Source of the DNA: Utricularia gibba
Lineage: Eukaryota; Plantae; Magnoliophyta
Assembly (NCBI GenBank): GCA_002189035.1
Contig: NEEC01000011.1
Coordinates: 1,240,001 to 1,304,000 of the forward strand
DNA length: 64,000 bases
Direction of reading: 5' to 3'
The notes below the pieces were generated by a model. That model was not told where the DNA came from, did no database searches, and saw only the letters and a list, made by a program, of their open reading frames with translations. Below, in pieces: positions 9,947 to 21,078 of this stretch. Each line of letters opens with the position of its first letter. The first letter of the stretch is position 1. The position numbers were made by a program, and so were the translations under genes.

Positions 9947-12176
9947 AGCCTGGAGAAATCTGTCTGTGTGTCTTTTATCCCTCCTGCAGTACACAAACTG
10001 TAACTCTTAACTCGCACAATGAATGAAAAGTTGCGTGGACAGTCAATAGCAGTTAGCACGCATGCCCATATAAACAAACCACGATTTGATCAAGTATCTC
10101 AACACCCGTAATGGAGACTGCACTGCACTCACTGGGTCTACAGGCCTATGAATAAATAATTCGATAATGGTTCTGTGTTTTTTAGTGAGTGGACCTCTTA
10201 CTTGGTAAATCATGTTGTCTCTCTGGGCGTTGTGCATAAACAAAAACACACCTATTGACTATCTGCTACGGCTTATCCGAACATCATCCCTGAACTCTAT
10301 TCGTCTCATCAGTGGCCGTACCAGCAGACAGCCCAGGTTGGATGCTCTCGTATCTCTTCCTATACTTGTCCTATGTCAGGCTCGCATGAAACACGTAATA
10401 GAGTTGATGAACTCTTTCAGTTCGCTAGGAGTGTGCATCAGCTCATAACTCAGGAGGGATTAGCTGCGATTTCTACACGTCACCTACGCGATTCATCCAA
10501 ATCTAGAATCAAACGCTACCTGCAAGTAGCAACTACTAACTTTTCGCGTTGCCTATCAGCATCCATTTTAGCCCCCTAACTTACCAAGAAGAAAAGGAAT
10601 TTGAAGTCCCAAGAAGAGGAACATGAAGCCTACCCATTCGTTCTCATATTCTCATTTAGAATTTCTCTCGTTCTCCCTCTTCAGAACAAAGAGTAAACAT
10701 ACAATGATTGAATGACAAACATCTTATGTAATAAAAGTCTTCCATTTTCAGACACGAGACAATCTTCCAAAACACAGTTTTTTTTCCTTGTATGCTAAAA
10801 CATGCTTGCTTTCAATGGAGTAGACGATGATTTTTCACAAGTCCTGTGACTAAAAACTGAGAAAACAGTAAGAAAAAACTAAAGTGAGGGATAAAGCAGG
10901 AGTGGTCCTAGCAGAATGTCGAACGAGTGGATGAAAACAATTCTCAGATCTCAGCGATGCAGCCAACAGCCAGTTAAGATGATTTTTCTGCACAATCTCT
11001 CCTTCTGGGGCACACACAAACACATGATGCTGGCCGCACTTCACATTTTCTTTTACCGCTTTACTCTTTCTTGCACGCACACACACACACAACTTTTGAA
11101 ACCAGAAAGTTATTATTCTCCCTTCTTCCCTTTCCTCCACGGGTTGAGCTGAGAATTTCTTTTTGGTTTCTAGTGTTCATTTACTGTCACAAGGCATATT
11201 CTTTCGACCGTCTAATTGTTGCAATTACCTATGAATTTACCTTTGACTCGTGCTTGTGCAGATCCATTGGATCGAAGAGTTTTATTTTTTTAATCGGTCT
11301 AAGGTAGCGCAAGAAATATGGGGTGAATATGTAATTCTGAACAGTAGGAACAAGTTGGAGCGGAGGGGGATGGGACGAAGAGAAGATGACAAGGATGTCG
11401 ATAATTGGTGGATGAGAGCGACGAGACGAAGATTGGGCACTGAAAATCATGCTGTCCTTCAATAAATGCCCTCGCGCCTGCCCATATAATGCCCGCAGCT
11501 GATGCTGCAGCTGCAGTTGCAGGAGAAACTCATCCTCGTCACGTTCCTATCGATACCTCCAAGCCCCCTCCCTCCTCCATTTACCGATATTCATTCGTTC
11601 TAATTCCCCGCTTGAAAGTTTTGAAAATCATATCTTTTTTTCGTGTATCATCAAATCCAATCGGTCACACCTACTCCATGTTAACCTAAAAATAAACATG
11701 TTTCCCTTCGATTCATTGGGTGATTTTTTTCTCAGATCCTTGATCAAGACATTTTCATGTATTGAACCCAACTTGAGATGGGTTTCCTGCTAAAAGGCAT
11801 TTCGATTACAAGTGCAACTCAACAAGCCTACACAATTATCAATTTGGTGCTTCTTTAACAACACTTGGAGATGCTTTTCAACTTTATGTTTTTACTGCAA
11901 CACTTGTCTGGGAAAGCAAATAATGCCATCTATCAACAAGATGCCTTTCATTGCCACGAAGGGTTCAAAAGGTAATGAAAGAGAATAAGCTTGCAAATCC
12001 AGCAAAAGAAATCATATAAATGAATCGCACAGTACACTAAGAAGCCAGGAGAAAAATACAACACAGACATTATTGCAGAATGTATGCACATAAATAAAAA
12101 CAAAGCATGGAATAGCTGAGGGTAAAACTCGATATTCCTCACGGTAAAAAGGTAAAAAGAGAAAACTTTAATGTTT

Positions 12177-13845
12177 TTACTCGTCAGTTCTTTGATTGGC
12201 ATCAGATTCTCTGATGGCGGCTGCTGAGTAACCGAGAAAGAGGGAGCTTTCGTGAGAAGATGAAGTCTCAGCGTTAATTGGGCTGGAAGCAGAATGATGG
12301 AATTTCTGCCTGCAATATGGGCACGTGGTCTGGAGCATCAACGCATTGATTTGCTTCGTCGATTCTTGTTTCAGGGCTCGGGACTTCTCCAGCTCCGCCA
12401 TTGCTTGCTGCCTTATCCTCCTCGCGTTCAACAGTTCTTGTTCCGCTAACTCCACCTGTTAGTGTTATAAGAGATTTTAATAAAGGACTACTTATTGACA
12501 TTTGCTCCTGATTTTCAGATGCAGCAACCCTTTATTTCACTGAGAAAATGGTGCACCTGGAGCCGGGCTTGGCGGCGGGCCTCTTCAGCATAAGCATTTT
12601 CCATGATAGCTGCTCTCAGCTGCTCTTGTTCGTTCTCCTGATGCAACCTGAAAGATGAGCCGACGGCGAGCTGAAGCTCGAGATTGGGTGGTCGGAGTAG
12701 CATAAACGAACCGAATTCCGGCGACGCGGCGGCTGGTGGGGGCGGAGGATAAAGAAGATTAGAGAAACCAAGATGGATCTCTCCGGTAGGACTAGGGCTC
12801 GAACCATTACGAGACTGGCACGTCGGCGGCAGCAGCAACGCCGGTAATTTTGTTTGTAGCAGCCTGGTCTCCGATCGGGATTTACCCATGTTACAAGCAT
12901 CCTGATGCTCGATAAAACTCTCCACCCTTTAAAATAGAAAGAAACAAAAATTATCAGTACTATCTTGAAGATCGACCATCTTCCTCTCATTCCTTACATG
13001 TCTGTAGTGATTCCTTCTGCAAAAAGGCGAGGAGACTTGAGAGAACAACACCTTTTGGAAAAAGTGCTAGTTTCGGATTGTGCCAAATGAACATCGAATG
13101 TCTAACCAAAACTAGGAAATCATCTTACGAAAGAGGTTGCTGGTTGAACACTTAATTCAGTTTATAATACAAACTAGTGTCAAAACCTAGTTCAGAAAAT
13201 GTGGAAGGTTAATGAATTGGACCCTTCTGTTAATTATTAGTGTTTGAAGGATTGATGAATCCTTTACCTTGAGAAGACGCGGCCGCAGTCACAGGAGTGA
13301 CCTCGAGTGCCACATGTCTTGAGATGGGCTTTGTAATCAGATTGAACCGCGTAGGCTTTGCTGCATTTGCAGCACACCCATTGTCTCTGGTCGCTGTGTT
13401 TCCGGCGGAAGTGTTTCTTGATGCCTACAAGGTCGCCGAGGGCGTGGCCTGGATCGTGGTGGAGGCAGCTCGGCTCTGGGCACACGAAAACGCGCTTTTT
13501 CGGTACCGGGTTGTCCCGCTTTAGAAGCTTCCAGGGAACCTTGTGGCGGCGCCGGTGCATCTGAAGATTTTGGTCGCGCTGGAAACCCTGGTTACAGATC
13601 TCGCACACGTATCGATCCGATTCCAGGAGGGTTTTTGGTGATAGAGATACCACTTCCGCGTCTGGATCTGCATTTGGGAAATAAAAAGAAATATTTTATT
13701 GACAGTCTCTGAGTAGCGTGTTTGGGAAGAGGGATGGAAGCCCACCAGGGGTTCCGGCGGGGCGGCGCTTCTTCTTCCCGTCGATTCCATTTTCGCAACC
13801 GAACAGGTCTTCCGGCACACACAAACCGCTTCTACCGGTCAACAT
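12177..13845 (-). CDS. SGR5: INDETERMINATE-domain C2H2 zinc-finger transcription factor, IDD14/IDD15(SGR5)/IDD16 clade, ~382 aa. Exons 13845-13746, 13667-13268, 12926-12557, 12455-12177
   Basis: KKKRRPAGTP|DPDAEVVSLSPKTLLESDRYVCEICNQGFQRDQNLQMHRRRHKVPWKL, four zinc fingers, and a C-terminal coiled coil (AYAEEARRQARLQ|VELAEQELLNARRIRQQAMAEL...TCPYCRQKF). All three introns are GT-AG and frame-consistent. The exact orthologue within the clade is not resolved. Confidence 0.95.
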
Positions 13846-16614
13846 TAATCGAGAACAGTGAAAATCATTGAAGAGGAAGAATGAGAGATTGTGAAAAGGG
13901 AAGGAAAAAGGCAACCGCTTTGTGCCGGTGAAATGATGCGGTTTGTGCAAGGAGAAGACCCACAGAAAAAGAAAGAGGGAGAAGCAGGGGAATTGTCTCA
14001 AGCTCTCATTGTCACCGCCATCCCCTCCTTCCCCTTCTTCGACATCGGAGTTATATTTGGATGAGTTCGGTTTCTTGTGAAGGTGGGGTTTCTGTGTGGG
14101 GTGTGGCAGTTGCCGAGCCCATACATACAATACAATACAACTCTTTACAAATCATCTTCACCTCTGCTGTCTGTCCCTTCGGTAACCCCGACCTGACTAC
14201 GCTTCCTACGTTGTAATAATAATCTAAAAAAAACCTCAATTCACACCTAGAACAAGGAAGGGGCTGGCGTTGCCTCCTTTAAAAATAATTTTCCAGAAAC
14301 AATTCTAATAAAACTTTGCAGAGAACGTCATGGGGCGCTACGAGGGACGTCATGATAGATTCCTGTACTATTTGATTTTGACACGATATCTTCAAAATCG
14401 TGATAAATATAATATTCGTGAAGTAGATGGAAGATGATTTTTTGTTAATAGTTTTTTAATTTATATTGCAAGTGAAATTACAAAAACATATAATTTAAGA
14501 AATTATTAATTTTTTTGTCAGTCATTATTCTTGAAAATTATTGATCAAAATAAGTTATTCCTAAAAATCAATCCCGTCACGCATAAGCTGGTAAGAGTGA
14601 ACACATTACGAATATTTTTAAAATACATGAAAAATGGATTCTTCATTTAATTTTTTGTTGTATATTATTCTCAACTTGGCACTCCCCATGTGTCTGCCAC
14701 TTGTTAAAAATAATAAAAAAATGTATTAAATTTGTAATGGTAACAAAAATATTACAAGTAAAAACAAAGGGAAAGCGATAAAGCATGGGGAAGCCCCCAG
14801 TGAATGGCACGAGCGAGTCCAGCTCATTCACACGGGCGCGGGCGCGGGCGCGGGGGCGGGCTGGTGCTCCAAATAGCCATACTCTTTGGACCAGGCACGT
14901 GGGTGAGGGTTTCAATTTCATCACATGTCCCATCACCACACACTGCTTAATTATGCCAAGATGGACACCTGGAAACGACAACGTGTGACATAACGAAGGA
15001 AGGGTTTAATTCCATGCAATACTATGATTGTGTTTTGTACATGGATAAATTATATTAAGAATAAGAGGGGATATATAAAGAAAAAATATATAACAGTATA
15101 ATTTTATTCTAATTCCTTTCTTTATATTATTTTATCTTATATTCATATGATAAATTATACTGAGAATGTTCGTATTGGTGGTGCGTTGTACTACACATGA
15201 AGAGTAAGCAGTTTTGGGAACCCTAAACCCGTGTCCAATTATGGATGCCGCCAACACAACATCATTTCAATGAATGATCATTTGGGTGGACCGGACCACC
15301 TTGAAAAAGGTAATACGTTGACAATTATTATTACTATTAATCAACGTTATCATAATATTTGTTTTTTGGAAGTTCAACGTTCGGAGACCAACTTGGGATG
15401 GGCTTCTGACCCAAATAATTCTTATTTGTCCTCCTCCGCTTCATGGTAGTGGATCTTTGGATTTGGATGTGTAAGATTCGTAAATCCAATAAAACTACTT
15501 TTTTTTTGTGAAATTAAATAAATCCATCAAAATTAGAAATAACGTCTAGAGTCAATATGAGATTATATAAAATATAATCAGTTTTTAAAATCAATATAAT
15601 ATTTTAAAATTGTTTTATGATATAATATAAAATTTAATAAAATAATATATATTGTAAATTTTAATATATTTAATTATTATGTTTTTAGAATAAATAAAAA
15701 ATTAATATTATATTAATTTTCTAATTAATATGTTATTTAATCAATAAATTCAATAATTTCTTCTGATGTTATTACAGAACTCCAAAAATTAAATAGAATA
15801 ACTTTAGAAAAGTATTAAAACAGAACATACCCATCATCAAGTAAAAATTGTAAAAAACCGATTGATTTCGCTCAAAGATTGAATATAAAGACGAATCATA
15901 GAGAAATGAATTGAATTATACAATTATGTAAGTCAAAACTCAAAAGAAAAAAAAGAAATTACATTCTTCAGATTCAATACTAAATGCGAATCAATATACT
16001 TTTTAGCTTATTTGATATACAGATATATGAATTCATGAATTCTAAATATATCAATAATAAATGCCTAGGGATATTTTCAATTATTATTTTAAATTAAAAA
16101 AAGAATAGGCATAATAATATTAAAAATAATTGTAACTATATATCAAGTTATCACTATTTATCATATCGATTGATATTCAAAAATCAAATATAATTCATTA
16201 AAAAAATAAATAACATAATCATTAACAAACAACATACGTGGATAATGATGAATTAATTGCTATTTTCCAACCCTAATTCAAGACAAAAAATCAAAATAAT
16301 ATAAAATCTTTTTCCTAAAATAGTCGTTGGCTGAAAGGCAGCAGATTCTACTACAATGGACAGTGTCGTGTTCATTAAAGACTACCAGATTATGAATCCC
16401 AGTGTAGAACCCATGCCATGCAGAACTGCTGCTGATATGCACGAAAAGAAACAAAAAAACCTCAAAGGCGATACGCTGGGGAACATAGAAAAAAAGCCCA
16501 GATTGGCTACATAAAAATGGGCTCTGCTCAAAAGAACTTCAGCATTAATGAAAAGAAGCTACTGAATGGTTGGCAGGCAGGCTATTTGATGTATGTGTTT
16601 ATTAGCAGAAGCAT

Positions 16615-17532
16615 TCACCTGATCGTCACAAACTTATTGGTCCCGTGTTTAGCCCAATGAGTCCTGAGATCGATTGGAGTAGATAAGTCATAGCCTTGTG
16701 ACGAAAGTTTCTCCAACACTTTCTTAAAGGCACCCACACTCATCTTCCTTCCACAAATTCTTGCGCCACGCCTTTTTGTGCTCATTGGAAGAGGATACAA
16801 AGACAAGCATGTTGTGCAACAAGCAGATTGCCAGCCACCGGATCCCCATCTGTAACATGCTCTTGGTGTGCCTGTGCATGTGCAAACAGGAATTGGGACT
16901 TTTGAAATATTCATGCTCACTCCATTGATGATAACTTCAGCACACTTTTTCGGAGTAACCATGTTTCTTGGTTTCTTTCCTTTCCTGGAAACCTTGTCAC
17001 CAGCACCTCTTCTCTTCATTGTCACCCCTCCATTCACAGCAACCATGTTTCCATTGCCCTGTTCTGAAGTAACTTCTACAAAACGACAAACCGCATTCTC
17101 GTTTTTCGGTTGATCAACAAGCACAGGGTCATAGACTGAATGATATGATGATGTTTCAAGTGAAAGTCCAAAGCTTGGTGGTTGATGATAATATCCAGAT
17201 GAGTTTTTGCTCACAGAGACAACACTTGTGTACTTGTCTTTGATCTCATTCATCCAATAGTCAACGGGTACCTGAAAATCAGACATTTGGTTACGAAATT
17301 GACCCCCATTTGCAGAAGGCGTGAGAATTGATGGGAGAGCAGGCTGATGGTTATTAGCCACACCAGCAAAAAGAGGTTTCTCATCCACGGAGGACATCAG
17401 CTGAAGACCAATGTGGCTCTTGTGGGTCATTGTGGGAGGATAGACGAATGCCCAATTTCTGAAATTCATGTTTGCACCGATATTTCTAGAATCCACAGTT
17501 GCATTCCAATTCCCATTCCCATTGTCATCCAT
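16615..17532 (-). CDS. BPC2: BASIC PENTACYSTEINE / BBR GAGA-binding factor, class I (BPC1/2/3-like), single coding exon, 305 aa
   Basis: N-terminal MDD...RNW and C-terminal PIPVCTCTGTPRACYRWGSGGWQSACCTT...GRKMS.GAFKKVLEKL...IDLRTHWAKHGTNKFVTIR. First ATG at 17532 (the ORF track starts at an upstream TTG). An acceptor tatcag ends at 17544, implying a 5' UTR intron. Paralogue identity is uncertain. Confidence 0.95.
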   Translation of the reverse strand: MDDNGNGNWNATVDSRNIGANMNFRNWAFVYPPTMTHKSHIGLQLMSSVDEKPLFAGVANNHQPALPSILTPSANGGQFRNQMSDFQVPVDYWMNEIKDKYTSVVSVSKNSSGYYHQPPSFGLSLETSSYHSVYDPVLVDQPKNENAVCRFVEVTSEQGNGNMVAVNGGVTMKRRGAGDKVSRKGKKPRNMVTPKKCAEVIINGVSMNISKVPIPVCTCTGTPRACYRWGSGGWQSACCTTCLSLYPLPMSTKRRGARICGRKMSVGAFKKVLEKLSSQGYDLSTPIDLRTHWAKHGTNKFVTIR

Positions 17533-17653
17533 AATATGCAAACCTGATACAGCCAAAGTTTAGAGAAAAGTCACAAAACACAGAATGCAGGCCCTGAGTT
17601 GTTGCTTAAACATCAAAACAACAAAAGAATATCTCTTTATCTATATTCCAACA

Positions 17654-17670
17654 AAACCCTAAACCCTAAA
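17654..17670. promoter_or_regulatory. Double telobox (AAACCCT)2AAA in the inferred 5' UTR intron of the BPC gene
   Basis: aaaccctaaaccctaaa read directly, about 120 bp upstream of the BPC ATG. Confidence 0.6.
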
Positions 17671-20146
17671 CAATGCATAGATTTCTTAGGCTTTTCGTGG
17701 ATATCATATGTTACAGGGCAATGGAATTTTAAAATTTTTTGATAAAACTCAAATAACAAATCTTGGAATACTAGATGCATCAGATAAAATGATATTAAAG
17801 GTACCTTTTTATGAACTCTATTGTTCATCAACCGTAAATGACTTCTATGGTATTCACATACGAAACATTCTGTTGATAATCTTCTCAAGATTATAGAATG
17901 ATGATCGATTATCTTAGATACTAGTAGAGAGAATCACAATCTATCAAATAAATCTCAAATAGAATGAAAATACGAAAAAACTAGAAAAATAAATTTTTAC
18001 ATATCTTTTATATCTAATCAAATTTATATGAATATATTATTTCATGAAAATTTGATGAATATATATATTCTCAAATTTTATCTATATCAGATTTTTTATT
18101 TTGAGTTTAATTAATATTAATTTCAAAATATTTTTTTATTTAATTTATACATTTTACCAATTACATATCATATAATTTGATCATTTTATTTTATATTGAG
18201 AAATGATTTCACTTTTGTGTATGATATTATAGAGTTCTTCAATTAAAACCGTAATAATGAATTTATTAATTAATTCTTAATTTATTAAATACATTCTTAT
18301 TGATCATGAATAATGTCTAACAAAATATCATGATTCCCAAGATATAAAAATAATTAAATTAATTGATTAAGTCTTTATTTTACTAGTCAACTTGCAATGA
18401 ATATATTTTATCATACTAATATTACACTCGATACCAAAACATGAGTATATGACTTTTTAATATATCAAATTTATTAATCTTCAACCCATAGGTTAGACTC
18501 CCATTAATAATGAATAAAAATGCAAAGTTAAGATCAATATAATTTTATTAATTTTAAATTTAGATTTACTTACACGACTGTCATACTCGAGATCTTGTTA
18601 CTAATAATTGGTTAGCTTTTCATAATATTATCTCAAATACGAGTTATCCAGTGAATCGATTTAATCAACACCCATACATTGATCTTAATAATTTCATTAC
18701 ATCATTTAGGAAACTAAATGTGTCAACTTATCTATACTTGTCATATCCTTGTTTAAAAAATAATTCAATTAAAGAATTTTTAAATTTGAAAATTAATACT
18801 TGAAAAATCTAACATTATGATTTCATTATAAATTATACATTATATAGATCATATGGAAGATTTTATTATTGATATAAATTCGATCACTATTTAAAATAAA
18901 ATTTTAAAAGATAAGATTTATTAATAAATTGATTATCTAATACGCTAACAATAGTCAGGCAGAAATTGGAAACACAGTTAATGTTGCCACCCCTCGGGTA
19001 GTACATATTCAAAATGAGAAGCACCATGTGGGTTTGGTTGGTTATAGAAAAAACTAAATCGTGTATGCAATAAAAAACAGATGAAGACAACTTATGAGAG
19101 AGGGAAGAGCCCGATGGCTGCGGGCTCTCTCTCTCTGTTTATTTTTTCCTATTTTGCTCGTGACTTGAAGCCCCTTCCAAACGGGGAGCGAAGGACGAGG
19201 AGAAGATTGCACTTGGAATTGTGAAAATGGTTCACTCGAAACCAGAAACTTCCTCATGGGGCGAAGGGAATTCGGAGACGCACATTTTGATTCTTGAAGA
19301 AATGCTAGCTTAGACCAGTCTCATATTAAGGTCTATTTGGGGATCTTGAAAATATTCATTATTAGAGACCCAAAATAAAATAAATATTTATATGTATAAA
19401 AAATCTCGAAAATATTGGTTAAAATAAATAGCATTTGTCATTCCAATTAACAAAACTAATTCCAAAGTTTCACACATCAACTACAATTATTTTTCAAAAT
19501 TTGACATTATGGATATAAATAACCTCCAAAGTTTTATAATCTAAGTGACTTTGGTCCCCAATATTTGAACAATGACTATACTTAGTCTCCAATATTTAAA
19601 ATTAAAGTACACTTAGCCCTTATTATTTTAATAATTGTTATATTTGATTTCAAATCGAATTAGTATTACATGTATACAAGCTCATTTCTTCACAAACCCC
19701 ACCCTCCTCTCCAACTCCTATGTTGCCGCATTGACAATGAAAGAAAAGATTCCATACATTGAAAGTCCCAAGAAAAAACGTGGATCTTAAAGAATAGAGT
19801 ATGTGCGCAAGAGAGATGAGTCGATGAAGAAATGAATAATTGCCTTTTTAACTTAATATATTTTGAGGTTATTATGTTTGGACCTTTCTTGGACTAGCAG
19901 TGCATGGTTTTGTGAAAATTGTTGATAATCGAAAAATCCATGCCATTATAATATTGAATTTTTTGTATCTAATAAATTTATATAACCTAATTCTTAATAA
20001 AAACAAGATACATTTTGTTTATCACGATAAGAGATTTAAATTTAAGTTAAGATTAGTAAAATATGAACAGATTTTGTAAAAAATATACATGATAAAATAA
20101 ATTGGATTAAAATACATAAAAGATAAATACAACACTTTAAGACTTA

Positions 20147-21078
20147 GGGTGTGTTTCGGTGCTGGGTTTAGGTGGGTAGCGGCGTGGGTTTAGACATAAA
20201 CCCACGTTTGGTTCATGGGTTTCAAGTGGATAAAAATAAACCCATCTGTTGACCATAAACCAGGCGGGAATCCGTGGAGCTGGGTTTAGCTAAACCCAAG
20301 GGGGGGGGGGTCGGTTTAGCTAAACTCAGCTCGGCGCTTCCATTTTTACCCTCACGTGAACCACATTTGAACGCAGATTTACCATAAACCAGATGCACAG
20401 ATCTATTTACCAATTTTTTTGAAACTTAAAATTACTACAGATCTGTAGCATATTTATTCAGATCTGTAACAAATTTGTTCAGATCTATTAAAATCTGTTG
20501 AAGAAGAAGAAGAAGAACAAGAAAAGGAAGAAGAAGAAGAAGAGAAAGAAGAAGAAAATAAAGAAGAAAAAGATGAAGACAAAGAAAAAGATAAAGATGA
20601 AAATAATAACAGCATGTGTAATATTACGGGTTTTCATTTTTGGTACTGAATGTGAGTTTTCGTTTTGAAGACGAGCACTGCGTCTATTATTATCCGGTGT
20701 TTGTTGTAAAATGTGAATTTTCGTTTTGAAGACAATTACCGTGTCTATTATTACTCAGTGCTTGTTATAAAATAAAGTTTCAACTAAGTACCGTAATTTA
20801 TGCTATGCGGTGCTCAATTGAACTTATAAAATGATATAGAAAAATAAAATGTATGATAATTTATTTTAATTAACTAAAGGGTATATTGGCAATTCATATG
20901 AAAATCATCACAAACCCAATTTTAAACCCACATACCAACGTCTATTCATCTTAAACCCAAATAATCTAAACCCATCAACCAAACACAGATTATACCCTTT
21001 AAATCCATGAAATCGGGTTATCTAAACCCAAATAAACTAAACCTTGGTTTAGACTAAACCCAGCAACCAAACGCGCCC
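20147..21078. mobile_element. PIF/Harbinger-derived Tourist-like MITE, 932 bp
   Basis: 24-bp TIRs (gggtgtgtttcggtgctgggttta versus the reverse complement of taaacccagcaaccaaacgcgccc), TTA TSD at 20144-46 and 21079-81, and many subterminal taaaccca repeats. Confidence 0.9.

Noticed and set aside
10259-10579. 107-codon open frame on the plus strand (ATG at 10373 gives 68 aa)
   Set aside because: No family resemblance, signal peptide or known peptide motif (CLE, CEP, IDA, DVL); the length is compatible with chance in GC-richer DNA.
11022-11043. acatgatgctggccgcacttca resembling a miR167 target mimic
   Set aside because: Pairing breaks at miRNA positions 6-8 rather than as a clean bulge at 10-11, and there are 3' mismatches; likely chance.
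13521-13820. Alternative-frame ORF reading through IDD intron 1
   Set aside because: Overlaps a GC-rich exon, has no homology, and is expected by chance.
20147-21078. Regularly recurring short motifs (taaaccca here; gaaccg at 40.3-41.5 kb) as a CRISPR-like array
   Set aside because: No constant repeat-spacer period, eukaryotic context, and explained as transposon subterminal repeats.
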